From Candidatus Latescibacterota bacterium (GTDB lineage Bacteria; Latescibacterota; UBA2968; UBA8231), in NCBI GenBank assembly GCA_965261395.1, contig OZ253462.1, positions 2,560,001 through 2,624,000 of the forward strand: a DNA stretch of 64,000 nucleotides, given 5' to 3'. The notes under the pieces are model-generated. The model was not told the DNA's origin. It saw only the letters and a list, made by a program, of their open reading frames with translations, and searched no databases. Position 1 is the stretch's first letter, and each line of letters starts with the position of its first letter. This document shows, piece by piece, positions 19,820 to 28,723 of this stretch. A program made the translations under genes and the position numbers.

Positions 19820-21211
19820 ATGAACTGCCCGGCACTCGACCACCGCAAACGCCTCTTCGTCGATATGGACGACGTCGAGCGCCAAGAAAACGTGGCGCGG
19901 GTCTTCCACCAAGCGGAGAAGTACGGCACGCATCCCGTGCTCAAACAGGAAGCGCCGTGGGAACGACACGGCGGCATGACCGCAGCGGTGATTTTCGACG
20001 CCGAGGAACAAATCTTCAAGGCGTGGTACATGGCCGGCCACTATGCGCCGGGGTGCGAGCACGTGCAATGCCTCGCGCTGTCGCCGGACGGGATTCACTG
20101 GGAGCGCCCCTGCCTCGGAATCCACGAAGCCCTTGGCTCCAAGGACAACAACATCGTCATCCCCGCTACCCACCACGAAGGGCAGGATCATTGGGAAACC
20201 ATGCTCAAGGACCTCCTCGACCCGGATCCCACTCGCCGCTACAAGGCCATCGGCTGGTCGAGTTACGACTGGGACGGGCCGCGCTCGGGCATTTACAGCG
20301 CCACTTCGCCGGACGGGATCCACTGGTCGCATTCGCCGGACCCGATTTTTCGCTACCATCCACGGCCCGGTACCCGCGACTTGGGGCCGGTCGGGGATGC
20401 GCAGTCGATGATGGTGGATATTGAGCGCCGGCGCTACGTGGCTTTTTTGCGCGGCGTGCCCGAGCGGCTGATGAGCACGAGCGAGGACTTCGTCCACTGG
20501 TCGCCGCCGCGGCCCTTCTTAGCACCGCTCAACGAAGAAGAGGCCCTGTACAACAACACCGGCTTCAACTACGGCGCTCACTACTTAGGCATCCTGACCC
20601 ACTTCGACAAACGCCCGCGACAACAGACCCAAGTCCTGCGGCTTTTGTGCAGCCGCGACGGGGAGCGCTGGCAGCGGGTGCCGGGCGAGCCACTGGTGGG
20701 TTTGGGCGCGGTGGGCGAGTGGGATCGGTTCCAGCTAATGCTCAGTGGTGCGCCGCCGATTGCCGTGGACGACAAGCTCTATATCTACTACCGAGGTACA
20801 GCCCGGCGGCACGCCAAGATCCCGCGCGAATTCGATCCGCCGATTGCGGCCGATCAGGATGCGGGGACGATGGGCATTGGCTTGGCCATGCTGCGCCTCG
20901 ACGGCTTTGCGTCGCTCAACGCCAGTTTTGACGGGGGGCAGATAACGACCCGGCCCTTCGCGCTGGGTGGGGATGAATTGCAGGTCAACGCCAAGGCGGA
21001 TTACGGGCAGCTAACCGTCGAAATGCTCGACGAGGAAGGGAACCCCATTCCCGGTCATACCGCCCAAGACTGCGTCGCCATCGCCGAGGACGGAGTCGCC
21101 GTGCCCGTGCGCTGGCGCGACGGCCGAGATTTGAGCGCGTTGCGAGGTCAGCCGGTGCGCCTGCGTTTCGCGCTGCACAACGCCCGGCTGTACGCCTACT
21201 GGTGTTCGTAG
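19820..21211 (+). CDS. Beta-propeller glycoside-hydrolase-like (GH32/43-like) protein
   Basis: Repeated Asp-box-like motifs (SPDGIHW, SEDFVHW, SRDGERW); LRLDGFASL; C-terminal beta-sandwich. Confidence 0.65.
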   Translation: MNCPALDHRKRLFVDMDDVERQENVARVFHQAEKYGTHPVLKQEAPWERHGGMTAAVIFDAEEQIFKAWYMAGHYAPGCEHVQCLALSPDGIHWERPCLGIHEALGSKDNNIVIPATHHEGQDHWETMLKDLLDPDPTRRYKAIGWSSYDWDGPRSGIYSATSPDGIHWSHSPDPIFRYHPRPGTRDLGPVGDAQSMMVDIERRRYVAFLRGVPERLMSTSEDFVHWSPPRPFLAPLNEEEALYNNTGFNYGAHYLGILTHFDKRPRQQTQVLRLLCSRDGERWQRVPGEPLVGLGAVGEWDRFQLMLSGAPPIAVDDKLYIYYRGTARRHAKIPREFDPPIAADQDAGTMGIGLAMLRLDGFASLNASFDGGQITTRPFALGGDELQVNAKADYGQLTVEMLDEEGNPIPGHTAQDCVAIAEDGVAVPVRWRDGRDLSALRGQPVRLRFALHNARLYAYWCS

Positions 21212-21254
21212 CTTTTGGATCCAAAACGCTGACATTTCAACAGTAGGAAAAACT

Positions 21255-21650
21255 ATGTCCACTGACCAGCTAAACCACTACCAGCGCAAGCTCGCGTATG
21301 AAATGGATTCGTGGGATCTCTACGCAGCATTGGGCGAGAACGAATCCATCACCGTCGTCGATGGCCGTTCTGCGGAGGCTTATGCCCAAGAGCACATTCC
21401 GGGCGCACTCAATCTGCCCCACCGGGAAATCTGCTTCAATTCGACTGAGTCGCTCGACAAAACGAAGCTCTATGTCTGCTACTGCGACGGCATCGGCTGC
21501 AACGCCTCAACCAAGACGGCGCTGAAACTGTTGACGCTGGGCTTTCAGGTGCGCGAACTGATCGGCGGGCTCGACTGGTGGAAGCACGACGGCTACGCCA
21601 CCGCCGGCGACGGGGCACAGCCTGGGACCGAGATCCAATGCGGGTGCTGA
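21255..21650 (+). CDS. Rhodanese-like domain protein
   Basis: VVDGRS...HIPGALNLP, YCDGIGCNAS, LIGGLDWW. Confidence 0.88.
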   Translation: MSTDQLNHYQRKLAYEMDSWDLYAALGENESITVVDGRSAEAYAQEHIPGALNLPHREICFNSTESLDKTKLYVCYCDGIGCNASTKTALKLLTLGFQVRELIGGLDWWKHDGYATAGDGAQPGTEIQCGC

Positions 21651-21692
21651 GCCAGAATAGAATCAGACAAACGCAAGGCTTGACAGCAGGCA

Positions 21693-22095
21693 CTAGCCAC
21701 AAAACGCTTCCATAGAAATCGCTGTCGCGGGGAACGCTTTAAGTATGCGCTTATCTTCGGTGACGCAGTGTGTGTTCAAGCTGTGCGCCAGTGCAATGTA
21801 TTGGGCGTCGTACCGCCGAAACCCCGCCTTCAATAGCTAAATTTAGCGACATGGCTCCATCTACATCCCTTTCAGCCCGAAGCAATAAACCCAATCCCGT
21901 GTGCCACAGCCTTTCGGCCTGCCGCGCATCGATGATCTCGGCCCGTGCGGCAGTGACCAGCACATTGAGGAATTCATATCGCCAGAGAGGGGGGACTCTC
22001 CAGTCTGAATCCTTCTGGGCGACTTGTTGCGCCAGAGCTGTCTTGTCGCCTTCTATGAGCGCATAGGCGATGATGTTCGTATCGACGACGATCGA
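21693..22095 (-). pseudogene. PIN/VapC (FitB-like) toxin; start codon lost and one-base insertion
   Basis: (TCG)IVVDTNIIAYALIEG...WRYEFLNVL...GVSA[+G]YDAQYIALA...VTEDKRILKAFP. Confidence 0.8.
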
Positions 22096-22310
22096 GGACG
22101 GCCTTCCCTAATACCTTTAGAAAGAATCGTTTGTGTAAGAGGTTTGGCTGTCTTAATCGGGGCGGGCAGGTCGAGCTTCGCGGACTCTCCGAGGCTGTTT
22201 TCAATAAGCGCCAACGCATGGCGTGCCATAGATCGGTGGTGCTTGGCGGCGTCCTCTTTGAGGCGGCGATGCAGGTCGGCGGGGACTTTTTTGATAAGTA
22301 TATCGGGCAT
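22053..22310 (-). CDS. FitA/Arc-like ribbon-helix-helix antitoxin, probably extended by stop loss
   Basis: MPDILIKKVPADLHRRLKEDAAKHHRSM. Confidence 0.8.
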   Translation of the reverse strand: MPDILIKKVPADLHRRLKEDAAKHHRSMARHALALIENSLGESAKLDLPAPIKTAKPLTQTILSKGIREGRPRSSSIRTSSPMRS

Positions 22311-22330
22311 TTGTGAAACTCCGCTTTTGG

Positions 22331-22343
22331 TAGCATTTTGCTA
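22331..22343. promoter_or_regulatory. Palindromic operator candidate for the RHH antitoxin
   Basis: TAGCA-TTT-TGCTA, 20 nt upstream of the antitoxin start. Confidence 0.5.
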
Positions 22344-22403
22344 TAAAAATACTATCTTGTCAGAACGGATCAAGCGCAAGACTTGACGGCCTAGCGGATC
22401 GGC

Positions 22404-22442
22404 AAAAGAAAACCCCAAGTCGTTATAGCCGACTTGGGGTTT
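22404..22442 (-). terminator. Intrinsic terminator downstream of tRNA-Glu
   Basis: 13-bp stem AAACCCCAAGTCG / CGACTTGGGGTTT; U-rich tail on the minus strand. Confidence 0.8.
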
Positions 22443-22448
22443 AATGAT

Positions 22449-22524
22449 TGGTAGCCCGTACGGGATTCGAACCCGTGCTACCGGCGTGAGAGGCCGGCGT
22501 CCTAGGCCTCTAGACGAACGGGCC
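22449..22524 (-). tRNA. tRNA-Glu (anticodon CTC)
   Basis: GGCCCGTTCGTCTAGAGGCCTAGGACGCCGGCCTCTCACGCCGGTAGCACGGGTTCGAATCCCGTACGGGCTACCA; cloverleaf, GTTCGAA T-loop, encoded CCA. Confidence 0.97.
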
Positions 22525-22553
22525 AAAGTTCGTTTCTAGCCTGACAGCTTCAA

Positions 22554-22582
22554 AAAATAGAATTCTAAAATTGTATTGTCAA
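22554..22582 (-). promoter_or_regulatory. Sigma70 promoter of tRNA-Glu
   Basis: TTGACA-17bp-TATTTT on the minus strand. Confidence 0.65.
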
Positions 22583-22599
22583 GGTTGCGGCAGGGCCGT

Positions 22600-22628
22600 T
22601 TGACAGCCGGGGACGGGCGTGGTACTGT
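22600..22628 (+). promoter_or_regulatory. Sigma70 promoter of the amidohydrolase-PhyH operon
   Basis: TTGACA-17bp-TACTGT with extended -10 TG. Confidence 0.6.
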
Positions 22629-22652
22629 TGCCTTGCAAGAGGAGACGGCCCG

Positions 22653-23453
22653 ATGATCGTCGAATGGAACACCCATATTTTCAGCCCCGATACCCAGCGC
22701 TATCCCTTGCATCACAGGGCGGCCTACCGACCGGATGTTTCCGTGCATCCCCCAGATCCATTGGGAGCCTATTTGCAGCGCATGGCGGATGCAGAAATCG
22801 ACCGGGCCGTCGTCGTCCATCCCGAGCCGTATGGCGACGATCACCGGCTGATACTCGAATGTCTGGAGCGCGAGCCAGAGCGGCTGCGGGGCACGTCGCT
22901 ATTTTATCCCAAAGATCCAGACGCGCCCCAAAAGTTGGCCGAGCTAGTCGCTCGCGAGCCCAAGATCATCGCCACGCGCTTTCACGCCCACCGCGGCAAG
23001 GAGCTGTATCTCGACAGCTTCAACGACAAAGGGGTGCGAACCTTGTGGGAAAAGGCGGTGGAGCTAGGCTTGATCGTCGAATTGCACATCGGGCCTAACT
23101 ACGGTGCCCAAGTCGCCCAAGTTCTGCGCGACATTCCCCAGACAGTGGCACTGATTGACCACTTGGCCGAGCCGCATCTGGGCAGCGCGGTCGAATATGC
23201 CGATATACTGGAACTGGGCTGTGCTGACGCCGAGGTCTATATGAAGCTCTCCGGCCTCGGCCACTTCGCCCAAGACGCGCCGCTATACGAAAGTGCCAAG
23301 CCCTTTACTCGGCGCGTGATCGAAGCCTTTGGGCCGGAGCGCATGGTCTGGGGCAGCGGTGCGCCGGCAATTGTCGATGCGCATTTAGCGAGCTACTCAG
23401 CAGCCGAGCGCGCGCTGGTAAAGGGGGGCAACTTGGCCGGGTGGTTCAAATAA
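22653..23453 (+). CDS. Amidohydrolase_2 family protein
   Basis: EWNTHIF, AVVVHPEPYGDD, LIDHLAEP, YMKLSG, FGPERMVWGS. Confidence 0.85.
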   Translation: MIVEWNTHIFSPDTQRYPLHHRAAYRPDVSVHPPDPLGAYLQRMADAEIDRAVVVHPEPYGDDHRLILECLEREPERLRGTSLFYPKDPDAPQKLAELVAREPKIIATRFHAHRGKELYLDSFNDKGVRTLWEKAVELGLIVELHIGPNYGAQVAQVLRDIPQTVALIDHLAEPHLGSAVEYADILELGCADAEVYMKLSGLGHFAQDAPLYESAKPFTRRVIEAFGPERMVWGSGAPAIVDAHLASYSAAERALVKGGNLAGWFK

Positions 23454-23468
23454 CAAAAGGAGCAACAC

Positions 23469-24290
23469 GTGAACGAAATCGAAACCTTTGAATTCGATCG
23501 CCAGGGCTACATCGTCATTGAGAAGCTGCTGAACGAGACCCAAGTGGCCGCGCTGGCCGAGGCCGTGGATGAGCTAGAAGAACACTCGCTCGCGCATGTC
23601 ACCCAACCACCGCGCAAGCAAAGCGGCTGGGGAGCCAACTACCACGCCAATCCCGAGCGCGGCTATCACGCCAACGGCGAGCGGGCCGAGGGCAAGACCC
23701 TGATGGTCGAAGACTTCTGGAACGCCAACCCGGCCTTTGACGTTCTGCTCGACCACCCGCCGACGATGGACTATATCCACGGCATCGTCAAACAGCGGCC
23801 GACGATCAACAACTCCGAGATCCGCATCCGCTATCAAGGCAACTCCACCGGCTGCCACGGCGGCACCGTCTCGGCCAATCAGAAGTACCGCTACAGCTAC
23901 ACCGAGCACGGCATCGACTGCATGATGGTGCGGATGGTCTATTTCATCCACGATTGCACCAACGAACAGGGGGCCTTTTGCGTGGTGCCGGGGACGCACA
24001 AGACCAACCTGCCCTCGCCCCACAGCAACGACCCGGACGAAGACCCCGACATGATCGGCCTAGAGGTCAAGGCCGGAGACGCGATCCTCTTCACCGAAAA
24101 CTTGCGCCACGGCGGCCTCACCAACCGCTCTGAGCAGACGCGCAAGACTCTACACGTGGGCTACGGGCCGCATTGGATGATGTCGCAAAACATCGCCACC
24201 ATGGACGAAAAGCAGCACATCACCCCGGAGACCCTCAGTCGCTTGACCAAGGCGCAACGGGATTTATTCCGGGCCTATCCACCCGCCTAA
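23469..24290 (+). CDS. PhyH-family protein, HGG variant
   Basis: FEFDRQGY, CHGGT, GAFCVVPGTHKTN, VKAGDAILFTENLRHG. Confidence 0.85.
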   Translation: MNEIETFEFDRQGYIVIEKLLNETQVAALAEAVDELEEHSLAHVTQPPRKQSGWGANYHANPERGYHANGERAEGKTLMVEDFWNANPAFDVLLDHPPTMDYIHGIVKQRPTINNSEIRIRYQGNSTGCHGGTVSANQKYRYSYTEHGIDCMMVRMVYFIHDCTNEQGAFCVVPGTHKTNLPSPHSNDPDEDPDMIGLEVKAGDAILFTENLRHGGLTNRSEQTRKTLHVGYGPHWMMSQNIATMDEKQHITPETLSRLTKAQRDLFRAYPPA

Positions 24291-26842
24291 GTCGGAAATT
24301 CCTCGTAGTAGCGGTCAAAGGCCGCGGGCGTGCCGCAGATATAGAGCGCGTCCTGGGGTTCAAGCACCAACGAGGACGGGATCTCCATGATCACGTCGCC
24401 GGCCCGCTCGACTGCCACCACCGAGCAGCCCGTGCGCTCGCGGATGCGCGCTGCGAGCGGATGGCGTCCGGCGAGGGGGCCAGGATTGAGCTTGACCATC
24501 TTGATCCGAGGCTTGTGCGAAACCGTTTCCCCGAGGACGTGGTGGACTAGCAACTGGCCGGCGACTTGGCTGACCGAGAGCGCGAAATCAGCGCCAGCGC
24601 GCTGCACCCGGTCTGCGTTTTCAACGTGGGACACGCAGGCCAACAGAGGGATCTCCGGGACGTGATCGCGGACCACCGCCGCGGCAAACAGGGCGGCCCC
24701 GTCGCTGTCGAGGGCGAGGATGACGACCCGTGCCTCCGCAATGGCGGCGCGGTCGAGGACGCGCACATCGAGCACGTCGCCTACTACATCGACTCCGACA
24801 CTCTCAGCCTCATCGACGACCCGCACGTCCTCGCCCGCAGCGTGGAGGATCTCGACCAGCTTCTGCCCTACATCGGCAAAGCCAACCACCAGAATCGGCC
24901 CCTGCTGGGTAATCGGCCGGGACATCTCGTTTAACCGGTGAATGCTCTCGGGCGTGCCGACCGCCACTAGAATGGCTCCGGGCTGTAGCTTTTCTGAGGC
25001 CGGCGGCGGTGAGCCGAGCACATCGTCGGCCCACTGCCCGACGATGTGGGCACCGGTCCGGGTGTAGAGTTCGGTCTCGGCCAAGGTGCTGTTGGCGAGC
25101 GGGCTTTGGTTGTGAACGCGCAGCTCGGCCACCTCGAGGAACGAGTCGAGCGGCTCTACGCCCGCCACCCGCGGCCCGATCTTCGCACTGGCGCGGACGG
25201 CAATCGTCGCGGCGAGGACGTGATTGGGGGTAAAAGCTGCGGTCGCGCCCGCCAGCAACATGGGGCCGCGGCGCTGAGGGTGCTCGATCATCGCCACGAT
25301 TGGACCGGCAAAACCGGCCTCGCGGGCACTGAGCGCGAACAGGGCGTTGTCGTCGTCTGAGCCGTTGGCTACCAGTGCCTTCGCCTTGGTCAACGGCCGC
25401 AGGTCCAGAGTCTCCGCCGCTAAGTGCGCATGTACGACCTGCACATCAGCCCTTGTCTGGAGTTGCCGCGCCGTCGCCTCGTCCTCCTCGATCACCACCA
25501 GCGGCAGGTGCCGGCTGGAAAGCTCGTCTATTAGGGTCTCGACCTCTGGCCCGTACCCATAGATGACCACCGCGCCCTCCACTGCGGGCAAGGCGCGGCC
25601 GTCTGGGTACTCGGGGACGAGTGGGGTACTGAACTTATCGATCTGAAATACCCCAATATGGGTGTCCCCTCCATGAGCCACTCGGCCTTCTAGGAGGATT
25701 GAGCAGCCCTTGAGCGCCAGTGGCGTGAAAAGATTCAGCAGGAATGCGGTGAAGATCAAAATGCTAAAGGTCGCCTGATCGATCGCCCCTTGAGCCAGAG
25801 CCAGCGCGGCCAAGATAAACGCCACCTCGGCGCGGCCACACATGCCCACGCCCACCGTCAGCGCTTCTCGCCAAGACATGCCAATGCGCCGCGCCATACC
25901 ACCGGCACTAAGCACCTGCCCGGAGATGACCGTCACAGCTAGGAGCGCGATAAACGCCACGCCCGACGCGCTAATGTCAAACGAAATGGAAAAGCCCAGC
26001 GAGATGAAGAAGATCGGCCCGAGGAACGAATAGGCAATGCCGTACGCGCGGTCGTTTACCACCTTTACCAAGTTGGGATGGGCGACGCGCTCCTCAAAGA
26101 ACAGACCCACCAAGTAGGCACCCAAGATCATGTGCAGCCCAATGGCCTCGGCAAAAAGGCCGGCGGCAATGGCGGTCAGCAGCACGAAGGTGAAGCCCTT
26201 GCCGCCTTCGGCGCGGAAGGGCAGGGTGAGTCGGGGATAGACAAAGGTGCCCAAAAGCAGCGCAACCGCGAAAAAGCCCACCACCTTGCCCAAGTTGACT
26301 ACTAGGTCCAAGGGGGCAAAGGTGCCGCTGGAGAGTACGCCGGTCACTAGGCTAAAAAAGATCAAGGTCAAAAGGTCGTTGATGACGCAGCTAGCGACGA
26401 TGATCCGCGCAACGCGGGTATCGGTCAACCCCAAGTCTTTGAGGCTTTTGAGGGTGATTACGACTGCGGTAGCGGTTCCGATGATAAGCCCCACGAAGAT
26501 GGAGGCGGCCAGGTCCAGCCCGAAGAATTGGGCAACAGCAAAGCTGACGGCAAAGGGCACGGCGGCCCCTGCAATCGCCACCCCCAGCGAGCGCTTGAGC
26601 GCGTCGAAAAACTCGTTGGGCTGGGTCTCCACCCCGGCGTGGAACATCAGAAAGAAGATGCCGATCTCGGCCAACAACTGGATGGCCTCGTTCGGCTCGA
26701 TCCAGCCGAAGACCGCCGGCCCCACCAAGACCCCGACGATCAGTTCGCCCATCACCGTCGGCAGGCCCAGCGGCCGCAAGGTCACGGCCACTAGCCAAAT
26801 CCCGGCGAGTAAGATGAGTAAGTCGAGTGCTATATCGTGCAT
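24287..26842 (-). CDS. Cation:proton antiporter (CPA2-like) with two TrkA-N/TrkA-C pairs
   Basis: About 380-aa membrane domain (VMGELIVGVLVGP, GVGMCGRAEV), then IYGYGP and VVGFADVG RCK-N motifs and two RCK-C segments. Confidence 0.85.
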   Translation of the reverse strand: MHDIALDLLILLAGIWLVAVTLRPLGLPTVMGELIVGVLVGPAVFGWIEPNEAIQLLAEIGIFFLMFHAGVETQPNEFFDALKRSLGVAIAGAAVPFAVSFAVAQFFGLDLAASIFVGLIIGTATAVVITLKSLKDLGLTDTRVARIIVASCVINDLLTLIFFSLVTGVLSSGTFAPLDLVVNLGKVVGFFAVALLLGTFVYPRLTLPFRAEGGKGFTFVLLTAIAAGLFAEAIGLHMILGAYLVGLFFEERVAHPNLVKVVNDRAYGIAYSFLGPIFFISLGFSISFDISASGVAFIALLAVTVISGQVLSAGGMARRIGMSWREALTVGVGMCGRAEVAFILAALALAQGAIDQATFSILIFTAFLLNLFTPLALKGCSILLEGRVAHGGDTHIGVFQIDKFSTPLVPEYPDGRALPAVEGAVVIYGYGPEVETLIDELSSRHLPLVVIEEDEATARQLQTRADVQVVHAHLAAETLDLRPLTKAKALVANGSDDDNALFALSAREAGFAGPIVAMIEHPQRRGPMLLAGATAAFTPNHVLAATIAVRASAKIGPRVAGVEPLDSFLEVAELRVHNQSPLANSTLAETELYTRTGAHIVGQWADDVLGSPPPASEKLQPGAILVAVGTPESIHRLNEMSRPITQQGPILVVGFADVGQKLVEILHAAGEDVRVVDEAESVGVDVVGDVLDVRVLDRAAIAEARVVILALDSDGAALFAAAVVRDHVPEIPLLACVSHVENADRVQRAGADFALSVSQVAGQLLVHHVLGETVSHKPRIKMVKLNPGPLAGRHPLAARIRERTGCSVVAVERAGDVIMEIPSSLVLEPQDALYICGTPAAFDRYYEEFPT

Positions 26843-26869
26843 GGGCAAAGCCTAGCGTTGTTTGCTTTA

Positions 26870-26975
26870 GTAGGGGCAACCCTTAGGGTTGCCCTTTTCG
26901 GATAGGGTTGCCCTTTTCGGATCCCACCGGCTGAATGCGCCAGATAGCTTGGGCGCCCCCAAGGGACGCCCCTAC
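26870..26975. repeat. GTAG-family REP doublet with internal 19-bp tandem duplication
   Basis: GTAGGGGCAACCCTTAGGGTTGCCC ... GGGCGCCCCCAAGGGACGCCCCTAC in inverted orientation; TAGGGTTGCCCTTTTCGGA x2 at 26884-26921. Confidence 0.7.
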
Positions 26976-27111
26976 GCCTACCCGTTCGGTGTCGATGATA
27001 ATACAAAAAGATAAAAAGGGATTCTGCGTGCAGTGGCAAAATTGCACTTAGGAACCTCGGGGTGGTGATTGTACATGTTCGTGCGTTAATTGAAGTGGCG
27101 GTGACTTAAAC

Positions 27112-28723
27112 GTGAATCAAAACGCTCCCAACATCCATCCCCGCGAAGTGCGCCAGGCCCTTATGTGGTTTGCCGGCGTCCTGTGGCGCGGCGCGCCTTG
27201 GGCCATGGCCGTTGGCGTCTGCGGCCAATTTCTGCCGGCCTTATTGCCAGCGGCGAGAATCCTAGTCATCAAGGAACTCGTCGATGGCGTCCACGCAGTG
27301 TACGGCCAAGGGGAGGCGGGCGACAGTAGTGCCGCTGCTGGCTTGGTTGGCCGGGCTGCGGTTGTTGGAGGCGATGCTCTCGGCGGTGCGGGGCCACGCG
27401 GCGGCCGTGGTGCGGGAAAAGACGAGCTGGAAGTTGCAGGAGCGGGTACTCGAGCAGGCAGCGCAGGTGGGGCTGGACAAGTTCGAGTACCCAGAATTCT
27501 TCGATCGCATGCAGCGGGCGCTGCGGGCGGCGTACTTCCGGGCTTATGGCATCTTCCGGGATGCAATGTCCACGCTCGAAAGTGCTATTGTGATCTGCAC
27601 CTTGATCGCGCTCTTTGCGACCGGGCACTGGTCAATCCCGGTGGTGCTGTTTTTGGGCACAGCCCCGATTTTCTATACCCAAATGCGGCGCGGGCGCGAA
27701 ATCTACGCGCTCTTCTACGAGCAGACGCCCGAGCAGCGACGCGCCGAGTACTTGGTGGGTTTGATGACCGACCGCGACGCCGCCAAGGAGATCCGGCTCT
27801 ACGGGTTAGGAGACTTCCTCTGCTGCACTTGGGAATCCTTGGCGCAGACGCTCAGGCAGCAGCGCTTCCGGCTGACGCTGCAACAGCAGCGCTATCTGTT
27901 CGGCGGGCGGCTAAGCGGGATTGGTTCGGCGCTGTTGGCGCTGGTCATTCTACTCTATCAGGCTGCTTATGGTGCCCTGACCTTGGGTGGATTTTTCGCC
28001 TTAGCCGAGGCCATCGTGCGCTTCCAAGGGACCCTCTTCCAGATGCTCCGCTAGATGGGCGATGTCTTTGAGCAGGCGCTCTATATCCGCGACTTGCGCT
28101 CGTTTGTGGAGTCGCCGACCGAGCAGGGAGCGGGATGGGAAGAGTTATCCGAGCAGCCGTTGGACATCGCCGTCGAGGGGTTGGGGTTTGCCTACGGCGA
28201 CGGGCCGCCGGTACTCAACGGGGTCGAGCTGCGGCTCAGGCCCGGGGAGAAGCTGGCGCTGGTAGGTGCCAACGGAGCTGGCAAGACGACCTTGGTCAAG
28301 CTGCTGCTAGGGCTGTATCCGCCGGGCGAGGGGCGGGTGCTCTACAATGGAGTGGACGGACGCCGGATTGACCCGGAGGTATTGCGGCGGCGCTGTGCGG
28401 CCGTCTTCCAAGACTTTGTGCAGTATCAGCGCACAGCGCGGGAGAATATTGGCTATGGGCAGACCGAGGAACTAGGCGACCAAACCCGGGTGGAGCGAGC
28501 GGCGCAGGAGGGCGGAAGTGCGCCGCTAGTAGAGGCGCTGGCCGCGCGCTACGACGCGACCTTGGGGCGTTACTTCGAGGGGGGACAAGACCTATCGCGC
28601 GGACAGTGGCAGAAGCTGGCGCTGTCTCGTGCCTATTTCCGCGACGCACAGCTTCTGGTCTTCGACGAGCCGACCGCGGCGCTGGATCCGCGGGCCGAGT
28701 TAGCTCCCTGCTGCCAGCGGTAG
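27112..28723 (+). pseudogene. ABC exporter (TMD-NBD), disrupted
   Basis: Frameshift near 27325; in-frame TAG at 28052-28054; NBD (GANGAGKT, LSRGQWQK, DEPTAALD) truncated after the D-loop. Confidence 0.85.

Noticed and set aside
22341-22526. 61-aa ORF, and tRNA-Glu as an integration site
   Set aside because: The ORF is a translation of the tRNA; no integrase or duplicated tRNA 3' end was seen
28052-28054. TAG readthrough or pyrrolysine recoding
   Set aside because: The same gene has other lesions and TAG terminates several normal genes in this window
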